Shown here: positions 19,999 to 29,019 of the stretch, in pieces | Layout: each line of letters starts with the position of its first letter | How positions within the stretch are numbered: position 1 is the first letter of the stretch | Assembly (NCBI GenBank): GCA_040414485.1 | Contig: JBEDUK010000027.1 | Span: 9,208-73,207, forward strand | From: Actinomycetota bacterium | GTDB taxonomy: Bacteria > Actinomycetota > UBA4738 | Direction of reading: 5' to 3' | Length of the DNA stretch: 64,000 bases | Position numbers and translations under genes: made by a program | The notes under the pieces: model-generated | Told to the model about the DNA's origin: nothing | What the model saw: the letters and a program-made list of their open reading frames with translations, nothing else | Databases searched by the model: none

Positions 19999-21038
19999 GT
20001 TTCGGCCGTCTCGGCCGAGCCCGCCGTCTCGGCTGCGCCGGAGGAGTCGCCGACGCCGTCGTGCCCGTAGTACTCGAAGGCCGACATGGGCTTGCCCGTC
20101 CGGCTTCGCCACTCCCGCTCCGCGGGCTCCCCTTTGCCGAGCGCCCTCGCCATGGCCTTCACGTGCTCGGCGACCGCGCCGCAGCACGAGCCGATGTAGC
20201 CGACGCCGCCATCCTCTGCCGAGCCGGCGAAGGCAGCCATCTCGCCCCGCGTTACCTGCATGGGGTCGAGCGAATAGGGAAAGGCGTCGAACGCGGTGAA
20301 GTCGGGCCTGTCGTTCGTGGTCCGGTACGCGACCGGCTGCGCGGCCACGTGGCACGCGACCGCCCGTCGCATGTCGAGCGCGATCGGCATCTGCTGTTCG
20401 GGGCCGTTCAGGCAGTTCACACCCACCACGTCAGCGCCCGCCTGCTCGAGCCGAGCGGCGCACTCGGAGGGCGTGAGCCCTTCGTAGGAACGCGGTTCGG
20501 GCTGCTCGAAGCACATCGTGGCCATGACCGGGAGGGCGGTTCGCGTCGCCCGTTCGACGAACAGGAGCGCCTCGCCGAGCCACGAGAACGTCTCACCGAT
20601 CCAGAAGTCGGGCGGACCGGCCTCCAGTTGATCCGAGAGCTGACGGTCGAACAACCCGCGGACCCGGTCCGCCGACGCCGCGTCGTCCGGCTCGAACGCC
20701 CAGGTGAGCGACAGGTTGCCCGCGACCAGGGCGTCGCCCTCGGACGCGACCTTCCTGGCAACCTGCACGGCGGTCCGGTTGATGTCGTCGACCCGGTCGC
20801 CGAGCCCGACGGTGGCGAGCTTGTCGTCGCTGGCGTAGAAGGTCATGGTCTGGAGCACCTCGGCGCCGGCGAGCAGGAACTCGCGATGCAACTGGGCCAG
20901 GGCGTCGGGGTGTTCGATCACCACCTCCGGCGTGAACGGACCGGCCTGGACGTACCCACGCTTCTCCAGCTCGAGCAGATAGCCGCCGTCGCCCAGCACG
21001 GGACCGTCGGCCAGCCGCTCCAGGATGCCCTTCGCCAC
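19995..21038 (-). CDS. Homocysteine S-methyltransferase family, BHMT-like
   Basis: GILERL...GDGGY..ELEKRGYVQAGPFTPE...QLHREFL.AG...TFYAS closely follows the BHMT N-terminus. Zn ligands GVNC and GSCCG. Confidence 0.9.
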   Translation of the reverse strand: MAKGILERLADGPVLGDGGYLLELEKRGYVQAGPFTPEVVIEHPDALAQLHREFLLAGAEVLQTMTFYASDDKLATVGLGDRVDDINRTAVQVARKVASEGDALVAGNLSLTWAFEPDDAASADRVRGLFDRQLSDQLEAGPPDFWIGETFSWLGEALLFVERATRTALPVMATMCFEQPEPRSYEGLTPSECAARLEQAGADVVGVNCLNGPEQQMPIALDMRRAVACHVAAQPVAYRTTNDRPDFTAFDAFPYSLDPMQVTRGEMAAFAGSAEDGGVGYIGSCCGAVAEHVKAMARALGKGEPAEREWRSRTGKPMSAFEYYGHDGVGDSSGAAETAGSAETAET

Positions 21039-21064
21039 GTCGCCCCCTCGTCCGGGGCGCCATG

Positions 21065-22999
21065 CTACCCGGCGCCGCGAGGGATCCGTTCCTGCCATTC
21101 GCGCTCGCGGATGCGCTCGTCGTTCAACCACAGCTCCCGGCGGTAGCGGTAGTCGAATGCCGACTCGTCGCTCGAGATGTCGAGGAGGCCGATCCAGCGG
21201 ATCCGGCGGTCGCCCGCGCTCACGTTCACGGTCGTCTCAGACTCGCCGTGGACGCGCGCGTCGGCCGGATCGAGGTCGTCCACCCGCCATTCGAGCGACT
21301 CCCGGTAGTCCGACCGTCCCCAGGGCGCTTCGGACCACGAGGATCCGCTCCACCGGACTGCTGCCTTCGTCCCGTCCCGGCTGGCCTGCCACTCGCCGGG
21401 AAGCATCTCGCCCCCGCTCTTCCACCCGGACGCCTGGACATGGGGTTCGGGCTCGTCGAAGCGTGGGCTGGCGCGTTCCGCGAACGGCACGACCGGAAGT
21501 TCGAGCCTCGATCCCGAGTCACCCCCGACCGTGAGCGACGCCGTCATGGGGTCAGGAGTGGGCCAGATCATCGGCCACAGTGCGTTCGACACGGCGAGCC
21601 GGATGCGGTGGCCGCGCTCGAAGGTCCACGAGGTCACGTGAAGGTCCAACGTCACCGGACCCTCGCCCTGGGCGGGTGATCCCGCGCCCGTCACCAGCAC
21701 GACGGACCCGTCCGGGGCGACGTCACACAGCCGTGCGAACCAGTTGGCGGATGGCGCGTCCACGGTCGCGTCGAGCGCCACGCGAGGAAATCCGAGGATT
21801 TCCATTTCTTGGTCGAGCGGCGCCGAATCGTAAATCAGGCTGACCGCATCGAGCGGAGCCTGGTCCGGCTGGAGGTCTCCCCACCACATCCCCGCCTCGA
21901 GGCCGGCCGACGGCACGTAGGCCAACGTGTGCTCCGTCCGGACGCCCGCGTCGCCTCCCAGCGCGTTGTCGCCGCGCAGGAGCAGCGCCACGCTCCTGGT
22001 TCGCTCGGGCGGCCATCCTTCCTCGAGCCGCCATTCGCCCGGGATCTCCACCACTTCACGTCCCGGTGGGTGCCATCGCCGCACGTAGACGGCGAGTTTC
22101 GGTTCGTCCTCCACGCCGTTCGGCGCGTCGCGCAGCCACCGGTCGAACCACCGGACGACCTCGGCCCGATGCTCGAACGCAGGCCCCGGCGATCCCCGAT
22201 GCGGGAACGAATGGTCGTGCGGGGCGAGGATCCCCTTCACCGGCGCTGACCCGCAGTGCTCGAGCATGCGCGGAACGCTGTCCCGGTAGCCGTCGTACCA
22301 CCCACCGATCAGGAGCGCCGGCACGCGGAGCCGGTCGTACTCCGGCCTGAGTGAGGCGCAGCGCCAGAATTCCCCGTCGCGCTGGTGGCGTAACCACGCC
22401 AATTTCCACGGCGGCTGATCGAAGCGGGCTTGCAGGATCGCTTCGTCGAACGAATAATCCGGTGCGCCGCTGCGCGCGTTCTCCAGGTCGATCAGCACGT
22501 CGTACTCGTCGACGTGGAACATCCCGTCGATGTTGTGGATGTCGTCGCGGAACAGATCGTCGGACGCGTCGATCGCCACGATCGCCCTGAGCGCCTCCGG
22601 CGTCTGCCGGCGGGACGCCATCTGGATCGCGTTGAAGCCGCCCCAGGAGATCCCCCACAGGGCGACCGCGCCCGTGCACCAGGGCTGCCGGGCGAGCCAT
22701 TCGATTACAACGTCGCCGTCGGCATGCTCCACGTCGCTGTATTCGCGGTCCGGCAGCACGCCCTGGCTGCGGCCCGTGCCGCGGATGTCGACCTTCACGC
22801 ACGCGTACCCGCGCCCGGTCATGTACGAGTACAGGTCCCAGTCGCGCTCGAACAGCCCGTCGTCCTTGCGGTAGGGCAGGTACTCCAGAATGACGGGAAG
22901 CCGGTCGCCGGCGCCGTCTCCCTGGGGCCGGAAGCGATTCGCCGCCAGACTGACACCGTCCGGCATCGGGATCCAGATCTCGTCGAGCCGCATGCTCAT
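21065..22999 (-). CDS. CocE/NonD family serine hydrolase (peptidase S15-like)
   Basis: PVILEYLPYRKDD, VDIRGTGRSQG, WGISWGG nucleophile elbow, GWYDGY, C-terminal PepX-like domain. ATGA overlap with pfkB. Confidence 0.88.
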   Translation of the reverse strand: MSMRLDEIWIPMPDGVSLAANRFRPQGDGAGDRLPVILEYLPYRKDDGLFERDWDLYSYMTGRGYACVKVDIRGTGRSQGVLPDREYSDVEHADGDVVIEWLARQPWCTGAVALWGISWGGFNAIQMASRRQTPEALRAIVAIDASDDLFRDDIHNIDGMFHVDEYDVLIDLENARSGAPDYSFDEAILQARFDQPPWKLAWLRHQRDGEFWRCASLRPEYDRLRVPALLIGGWYDGYRDSVPRMLEHCGSAPVKGILAPHDHSFPHRGSPGPAFEHRAEVVRWFDRWLRDAPNGVEDEPKLAVYVRRWHPPGREVVEIPGEWRLEEGWPPERTRSVALLLRGDNALGGDAGVRTEHTLAYVPSAGLEAGMWWGDLQPDQAPLDAVSLIYDSAPLDQEMEILGFPRVALDATVDAPSANWFARLCDVAPDGSVVLVTGAGSPAQGEGPVTLDLHVTSWTFERGHRIRLAVSNALWPMIWPTPDPMTASLTVGGDSGSRLELPVVPFAERASPRFDEPEPHVQASGWKSGGEMLPGEWQASRDGTKAAVRWSGSSWSEAPWGRSDYRESLEWRVDDLDPADARVHGESETTVNVSAGDRRIRWIGLLDISSDESAFDYRYRRELWLNDERIREREWQERIPRGAG

Positions 23000-23961
23000 G
23001 GTTCCGGCCGGGGGGCGGGCACGAGATCCCCGGGATCCGGCGCCGTGTCGATCGCCCCGATCCACTTCGGCCGCGGGCCACGGGCCACCGCGGCCAGCGC
23101 GCCGGCCCGGTTGCCCGTAGCGCACGCCGCCTCGAGCGAGGCGCCCCGCAGACGGGCCGCGATGAACGCCGCGTCGAACGCGTCGCCGGCACCCGTCGAA
23201 TCGCCGCCCGAGGCTCGGCCGGCGGCCGGGACGCAGGTGATGACACTCGCGTCGATCAGGACGCAGCCGTCGGCGCCGGCCTTGACGACGAGGGCCTCGG
23301 TCGCGTTCGCGCGGGCCGCAGCGAGCGCCGCCGGTTCGCTCGTGCCGAAGCACGCTTCGCATTCGGCTGCGTTGCCGAGCACCACGACTCGGTCGAGCGC
23401 CGTGGAGAGGCTCCCCGCTCGGCCGCCCTCCAGGTCGACCGAACAAGGGATCCCGCGCGCGATCGCTCCCGCAAGGAGCGCCTCGCACCGGCCGGCCATG
23501 CGCTCGTCCAGGAGCACGTAGCCGGAGACGTGCACCCAGGACGGCGCGGCCGCCTGGCCGGCCAGCAGCGCGAGCGGATCGAATTCGAATTGCTCCGACG
23601 CCCCCCTCGTTCCCACCATCGTGCGCTCACCGTCCGGTTCGACCATCACCACCATGGATCCGGTCGTCGCGCCCGGCACGCACATGACGCCGGCGGTGTC
23701 GACACCGCCGGCCCGCAGTTCGGAGACGATGCGGTCGCCCAGCGCATCCTCCCCCACGGCGCTCACCAGCGTCACGTCCACACCGAGGGCGACGAGGTCC
23801 AGCGCGACGTTCGCGCCGACGCCGCTGACATGGACGGACGCGTCGCGGAGCACGACGTTCTCTCCCGGCTCGGGCATGCGTTCGACTCCGCCCAGGGTCA
23901 CGATCATGAGGTCGCCCACCACCAGGATTCGATGGCGCGCGATGGGCTCGGCGCGGCTCAC
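22996..23961 (-). CDS. PfkB family carbohydrate kinase
   Basis: GVGANVA, VVKAGADG, DSTGAGDAFDAAF. Confidence 0.9.
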   Translation of the reverse strand: MSRAEPIARHRILVVGDLMIVTLGGVERMPEPGENVVLRDASVHVSGVGANVALDLVALGVDVTLVSAVGEDALGDRIVSELRAGGVDTAGVMCVPGATTGSMVVMVEPDGERTMVGTRGASEQFEFDPLALLAGQAAAPSWVHVSGYVLLDERMAGRCEALLAGAIARGIPCSVDLEGGRAGSLSTALDRVVVLGNAAECEACFGTSEPAALAAARANATEALVVKAGADGCVLIDASVITCVPAAGRASGGDSTGAGDAFDAAFIAARLRGASLEAACATGNRAGALAAVARGPRPKWIGAIDTAPDPGDLVPAPRPEP

Positions 23962-24776
23962 CCGCGTGCGTCTCGAACGCCGCCGACGACGGCCATGAAC
24001 CGCTCGACCATGGTCCGGTCGACCCGCTTCGACAGATCGCCGCCGGGCCGGAACGCCGACGCGACGACCGCGCCGTCGGCGGTCGTGAGCATCGCGACCG
24101 CGTTGGACGGGCCGACGCCGCTGCCCAGGACCACGTCCGCACCGAGGCCACGCAGCGCCCTGACGTCACCCAGGTCGGCGGCCGAACCCGTCCGGGCGCC
24201 GCTCACCACCAGCACGTCCGCGCCGCCGCGTTCCAGCATGTCCAGCGCAGACTCCCGGATGGGCCGCTGCAGCAACGGTGCCGCGTGCTTGACGTGCACG
24301 TCCGCGAGGATCGCCACCGACTCCGCTCCCATCAGGCGGCGTGCCCGCAGCAGTTCGGCCGCCGCACCTTCGATCAAACCCTGATCGGTCACGAACGCCT
24401 CGGTCAGGACGTTCACGCGGATGAACGAACCGCCGTGCGCATGCGCGATGGCAAGCGACGCGCGCGCCGCGTTCCGAAGGACGTTCACGCCCAGCGGCAG
24501 CGAAGGCGCGGCCGCCCGCACCTCGCCGGCCACCCTGGCCATCGACGCGACGGTCTCGGGCGGGACCTCGCCGGCGAAGAACGGCGCGTCGCCCATGTTC
24601 TCCAGGATGAGGCCGTCGACGCCGCCGGCGGCCAGTGACCGCGCGTCCTCGACCGCAGCATCCACCACGGCGTCCACGCTCCCACCGAACCCGGGCGCGC
24701 CGGGAAGCGGCAGCAACTGGACCGGCCCGATGATGGGCTTCGGCGCGGCGAACAGATCGGCGAGGCGCACCGCCAT
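23958..24776 (-). CDS. BtpA/SgcQ family TIM-barrel protein
   Basis: LLPLPGAP, DGLILENMGDAPF, GVNVLRN, ADVHVKHA, VSGARTG. Confidence 0.9.
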   Translation of the reverse strand: MAVRLADLFAAPKPIIGPVQLLPLPGAPGFGGSVDAVVDAAVEDARSLAAGGVDGLILENMGDAPFFAGEVPPETVASMARVAGEVRAAAPSLPLGVNVLRNAARASLAIAHAHGGSFIRVNVLTEAFVTDQGLIEGAAAELLRARRLMGAESVAILADVHVKHAAPLLQRPIRESALDMLERGGADVLVVSGARTGSAADLGDVRALRGLGADVVLGSGVGPSNAVAMLTTADGAVVASAFRPGGDLSKRVDRTMVERFMAVVGGVRDARG

Positions 24777-24825
24777 GGCAGGGCGAAGCCTACCGGCCCG
24801 CCGGCCGAGCAGGCCGCGAGCGTGC

Positions 24826-26154
24826 CTATCGGGCGCCTGCGTCCGGGGTCCGCGGGATGACGAACCAGAACGTGGCGCCCGTGGCTTCGTCTCCGGCGCC
24901 TTCGTCTGCGACGGCGGCGCCGCCCCGGTTGCGGGCGCCGATCGTGCCTCCGTGGGCCTCGACGAGCGACTTCGCGATCGCGAGCCCCAGGCCCGCTCCG
25001 CGCGATTCGGGCGACTTCGCGAACCGGTCGAACACGCTGTCCAGGCGGTCGGGGGGGATCCCGCTCCCGGTGTCGGAGACGGTGAACCGAACCCCGGCGC
25101 CCGGGTCGGCCGGGCCGGCCGGCTCGGCCGCTCCCACAGGTTCGACCCCGACCCTCACGCTCCCTCCGGGTGGCGTGTGCCGGATGGCGTTCGCGATGAG
25201 GTTCGACAGGACTTCGCGGATCCTGACCCGGTCCACCTCGATCTCGCCCGCCGGGCCGCCTGGCCCGACGGCCAGCGCGACCCTCGCGGCCGCCGCTTCC
25301 GGCCCGTGCGCCGCGACCGCGTCCTCGGCCAGTTCGCGCGGATCGGTCGGCTCCAGCCGGAGCCTCAGCGCGCCGCTCTCCGCCATCGCCAGCATCGAGA
25401 GGTCCTCGAGCAGACGGGACATCACGCGCGTCTCCTCGAGCGCCGGCTCCAGGTGCCCGGCATCGGCGACGTAGACGCCGTCGAGGATCCCTTCGATGTT
25501 CGCCTGGATGATCGTGAGCGGCGTCCGCAGCTCGTGCGCCACGTCGGCGAAGAGCTGACGACGGACGTGCTCGTTCGCCTCGAGCCGTTCGGCCATCGCG
25601 TTGAACGACCGGGCGAGCGACCGCACCTCGCGCGGGCCGCCCGGCTGGACGCGCGCCGAATAATCGCCGGACGCGACGCGCTCGGCCGCGCCCATCACGT
25701 CGTCGATCGGGCGCGCGGTGCGCCTGGCTCCGCGCGCCGCGATGACCACCAGCACGATGATCACCACGAAGATGGCGAAGCCGAACGGCGGGCCGCCTGT
25801 CCACCGATGGGGCGGGTTCGCGCCGGAGCCATGCCAGATGGTGCTGCCGATCCAGAACAGGAACCCGCCGGCGACGAACGCCAGGCCGAACAGCGCCAGA
25901 AGGAACAGGGCGATCCTGCGGGCGAAGTGCCTGGGAACGCCCTGCCAGCCCTCACGGCCCTGCGGAGGCCACGGTTCGGATTCGGGCCACCACGGAGGGG
26001 GCCCGCCGCGCCAGGGGGGACCGCCGCGGTAGCGCCGGCCGCGCGGGGGCGAAGGCGATGGTGCGGCCGGCTCCGCCGCCGGCTCCGGCTCCGACCCCGG
26101 CTTCGACACCGGTGCCGGGTCCCCTTCGGCCCTGTCCCCCGGATCCTCAGTCAT
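24826..26154 (-). CDS. HAMP-domain sensor histidine kinase (BaeS-like)
   Basis: Two TM helices, HAMP, ADVAHELRTPL, NLIANAIRH, DTGSGI, GLGLAI. Confidence 0.93.
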   Translation of the reverse strand: MTEDPGDRAEGDPAPVSKPGSEPEPAAEPAAPSPSPPRGRRYRGGPPWRGGPPPWWPESEPWPPQGREGWQGVPRHFARRIALFLLALFGLAFVAGGFLFWIGSTIWHGSGANPPHRWTGGPPFGFAIFVVIIVLVVIAARGARRTARPIDDVMGAAERVASGDYSARVQPGGPREVRSLARSFNAMAERLEANEHVRRQLFADVAHELRTPLTIIQANIEGILDGVYVADAGHLEPALEETRVMSRLLEDLSMLAMAESGALRLRLEPTDPRELAEDAVAAHGPEAAAARVALAVGPGGPAGEIEVDRVRIREVLSNLIANAIRHTPPGGSVRVGVEPVGAAEPAGPADPGAGVRFTVSDTGSGIPPDRLDSVFDRFAKSPESRGAGLGLAIAKSLVEAHGGTIGARNRGGAAVADEGAGDEATGATFWFVIPRTPDAGAR

Positions 26155-26839
26155 CGGCGAACCGGTACCCCACGCCGTGAACGGTCAGCACGTACCGCGG
26201 GCGCTTCGGATCGGGCTCGAGCTTGCGCCGGATGTTCTTGACGTGGGCGTCGATGGCGCGCTCGTACGACTCGAAGGCGACCCCATGGACTGCGTCGAGC
26301 AGCTGCGATCTGGTGAACACGCGGCCGGGCTGCGCCGCCAGCGTGGCGACGAGCTCGAACTCCGTCGGCGTCAGTTGCACGTTCCTGCCGTCGACCGACG
26401 CCCGCATGCGCGTCATGTCGAGCGTCACACCCGCCGCGCGGATGACCTCGGGCCTGGCCACGGAGACCACTTCGCTGCGCCGAAGGACCGCGCGAACGCG
26501 AGCCACCAACTCCTTCGGGCTGAACGGCTTGACCACGTAGTCGTCGGCGCCCAGTTCCAGCCCGACGATCCGGTCCGATTCGTCCGCGCGCGCCGTCAGC
26601 ATCACGATCGGGACGTTCGACGAACGCCGGATCTCCCGCGTGACATCGAGCCCGTCGCGCCCGGGAAGGCCGAGGTCCAGGACGATCAGGTCCGGCTTCG
26701 CCGAACGCGCGCTCGACAGGCCCGCGTCGCCATCGGCCGCCACGATCACGTCGTAGCCCGCGTGCTCGAGGTAGTCGCGGGCGACCCGGGCGATCGCCAT
26801 CTCGTCCTCAACGACCAGGATCGTCTTCATTCGCGTCAC
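26147..26839 (-). CDS. OmpR-family response regulator
   Basis: ILVVEDE, VLDLGLP, GADDYVVKPF, LTPTEFEL, TVHGVGYRF. Alternative start ATG 26830. Confidence 0.95.
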   Translation of the reverse strand: MTRMKTILVVEDEMAIARVARDYLEHAGYDVIVAADGDAGLSSARSAKPDLIVLDLGLPGRDGLDVTREIRRSSNVPIVMLTARADESDRIVGLELGADDYVVKPFSPKELVARVRAVLRRSEVVSVARPEVIRAAGVTLDMTRMRASVDGRNVQLTPTEFELVATLAAQPGRVFTRSQLLDAVHGVAFESYERAIDAHVKNIRRKLEPDPKRPRYVLTVHGVGYRFADD

Positions 26840-26939
26840 CTACCTGATCCAACGTCGGTCCGTCTGTCAGCGTGGCGGACGGCAGCGGCGGTGGCAAGGC
26901 TTGTCGCCCGCCACCGCCGCTGCCGCCGTCGGTCCGTGC

Positions 26940-27335
26940 TCAGGCGCTGGACGCCGGCGGCGACGTCTCGCCTTCACGCTCGTGGGCCTCACGGTGCCAC
27001 GCCTCCATCCGCTCCCGCGGCCCGCCGGAACCCCACGGTCCCGGGCCACCGGGTCCGTACGCGCCCCAGCCCGGGCCGCCCCACCCGAGCCGCCTGGGTG
27101 CGAACGCGGCCCGCAGCAGCACGAAGACGAGGATCAGGAACAGCGGGAACAGGAACAGGCCGAACGGGAAGAAGCCCCACCCGCCGTAGTGCGGTCCCGC
27201 GTAGACGATGCGGGCACCGTGCGCCACCGCGCCGTGCGCGAATCCCGCGTGGTAGGCGCCGACGGCGATGCCGATGCCCGCGCCCACGATCAACAGCGTG
27301 AGCAGCAGGATCGCCGCCCATTTGCGATTCGACAT
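26940..27335 (-). CDS. Small Gly/Pro/Trp-rich membrane protein heading the two-component operon
   Basis: MSNRKWAAILLLTLL..., two hydrophobic segments, GGGGAG RBS, 131 aa. Confidence 0.75.
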   Translation of the reverse strand: MSNRKWAAILLLTLLIVGAGIGIAVGAYHAGFAHGAVAHGARIVYAGPHYGGWGFFPFGLFLFPLFLILVFVLLRAAFAPRRLGWGGPGWGAYGPGGPGPWGSGGPRERMEAWHREAHEREGETSPPASSA

Positions 27336-27413
27336 CTCGTACCACTCCCCTCGTCGCTCTCGGCGATCCCCCGAGGGATCGCTCATCGACACTCCCGAGG
27401 CTCGGCGCGCGCC

Positions 27414-27429
27414 GTGAACGAGCTGTGAA
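27414..27429 (-). promoter_or_regulatory. Candidate OmpR-type tandem binding site
   Basis: TTCAC-agctcg-TTCAC on the minus strand (11-bp period), about 80 nt upstream of the operon. Confidence 0.4.
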
Positions 27430-27476
27430 GGCGTCGTGGAGGTGTTCGGACCGCCCGCGGTACGATCCTGTTCGGC

Positions 27477-28706
27477 ATGATCGAACCCGAACCGGTAAGC
27501 CTGGCTGACCGATTCGCGCCCACAGATCCCGCGTTCATCGAGGACCCCTACCCCGTCTACACGGAGATGCGGGAGCGGGCGCCGCTGCTGTACCACGAGG
27601 CGACCGACCACTGGCTCGTGTCCCGCTATCGGGACGTGAACGCGCTGCTCAGGGACCGGCGCCTCGGCCGAACGTACCTCCACATGGCCTCGCACGCGGA
27701 CATGGGCCACCCCGACCCACCCGCCTTGCAGGACCCGTTCTGGTGGCTGATCAACAACGGCATCCTGGACATGGAGCCGCCGGAGCACACCCGCGTCCGG
27801 CGACTGGTGTCGAAGGCATTCACGCCGCGCACCGTCGAGCGGCTTCGGCCCACGATCCAGACGATCACCGACGAGCTGATCGACGGCGTGTCGGGCGGCG
27901 GGGAGTTCGACCTGATCGCCGACATCGCCGAGCCCCTGCCCGTGACGGTGATCGCCGAGCTGCTCGGAATCCCCGGATCGGATCGCGGCCTCCTTCGTCC
28001 GTGGTCGGCCGAGATCTGTCTGATGTACGAGCTCAATCCTTCAGAGGACTATCAGCGCCGTGCGGCCACGGCGAGCACGGAATTCTCCGAATATCTGCGG
28101 AGGCTGCTCGGCGAACGGCGGGATCGACCCGGAACGGATCTGATCAGCGAGCTCGCGCAGGTGGTCGACGAAGGAGAGCGGCTGACCGAGGGCGAGCTGA
28201 TCGGGACGTGCGCGCTGCTGCTCAACGCGGGGCACGAGGCCACGGTCAACGCGACCGGCCTGGGCTGGTGGACGCTGTTCAGACACCCGGCCGATCTCAC
28301 GCGGATGCGCGCCGATCCCGAAGCGCTCCTACCGACGGCGGTCGAGGAGCTCCTGCGATTCGATACGCCGCTGCAGATGTTCGAACGATGGGTGCTCGAG
28401 GACATCGAGCTGTACGGGCAGCGGATCGCGCGCGGCGCGGAGCTCGGGCTGATCTTCGGTTCGGCGAACCACGACCCGGCGGTGTTCGAAAAGCCCGAGG
28501 AATTGCACCTGACGCGCAAGCCGAACGAGCACCTGACGTTCGGCGCGGGCCTTCATTTCTGCCTCGGTGCGCCGCTGGCGCGGGCCGAACTGCAGGTCTC
28601 CTTCGGAACGCTGCTCAGGCGGTTCCCACACTTGGAGCCCGCCGGGACGCCTCCATGGAAGCCGAACTACATCCTGCGCGGCCTCGAGTCACTGCCGGTG
28701 CGCTAG
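27477..28706 (+). CDS. Cytochrome P450
   Basis: I-helix LNAGHEAT, EELLR (ExxR), FGAGLHFCLG heme motif. Confidence 0.96.
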   Translation: MIEPEPVSLADRFAPTDPAFIEDPYPVYTEMRERAPLLYHEATDHWLVSRYRDVNALLRDRRLGRTYLHMASHADMGHPDPPALQDPFWWLINNGILDMEPPEHTRVRRLVSKAFTPRTVERLRPTIQTITDELIDGVSGGGEFDLIADIAEPLPVTVIAELLGIPGSDRGLLRPWSAEICLMYELNPSEDYQRRAATASTEFSEYLRRLLGERRDRPGTDLISELAQVVDEGERLTEGELIGTCALLLNAGHEATVNATGLGWWTLFRHPADLTRMRADPEALLPTAVEELLRFDTPLQMFERWVLEDIELYGQRIARGAELGLIFGSANHDPAVFEKPEELHLTRKPNEHLTFGAGLHFCLGAPLARAELQVSFGTLLRRFPHLEPAGTPPWKPNYILRGLESLPVR

Positions 28707-28791
28707 GACCCGCGCCCTCTACGTCTCTTCAGGCTCCTCGTGGTCGTGGTCGTGGGACGCGTCCTCACTCTCCATGTGATGGTGCTCGCCG

Positions 28792-28809
28792 CGGGCCCGA
28801 CCGGGCCCG
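28792..28809 (-). other. Hairpin 14 nt downstream of an in-frame UGA (SECIS-like or terminator-like)
   Basis: CGGGCCC-GGUC-GGGCCCG in the minus-strand transcript. Confidence 0.45.
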
Positions 28810-28823
28810 TCAGGTGCGCGCCG

Positions 28824-29009
28824 TCAACAGCCGGGCTCGCCCGGGTGCCCGCAGCACCCCTTCCCGACGGTGAACGCCCGGGCACGGTTCTTCGCGGTCA
28901 GCGCGAGCTTCTCCCCCACGGAGGCGTCGAACGAACTCCAGTTCAGGTAGAAGTGCTCGATGTGGGAGCGGAGCGAGTGCCCGCCCTCCTCTTCCTTCCG
29001 GTGCGTCAT
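28824..29009 (-). CDS. Small Cys-rich protein ending CCGHPGEPGC, with possible UGA read-through to 28719
   Basis: 61-aa ORF 11 nt downstream of thrC on the same strand. The frame stays open for 34 more codons after the UGA. Confidence 0.7.
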   Translation of the reverse strand: MTHRKEEEGGHSLRSHIEHFYLNWSSFDASVGEKLALTAKNRARAFTVGKGCCGHPGEPGC

Positions 29010-29019
29010 GCGTCCGACT

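Noticed and set aside
27477-29009. P450 plus small peptide as a P450-modified RiPP cluster
   Set aside because: The genes are convergent, the peptide appears coupled to thrC, and no linked RiPP protease or recognition element is evident. Kept only as a minor alternative.
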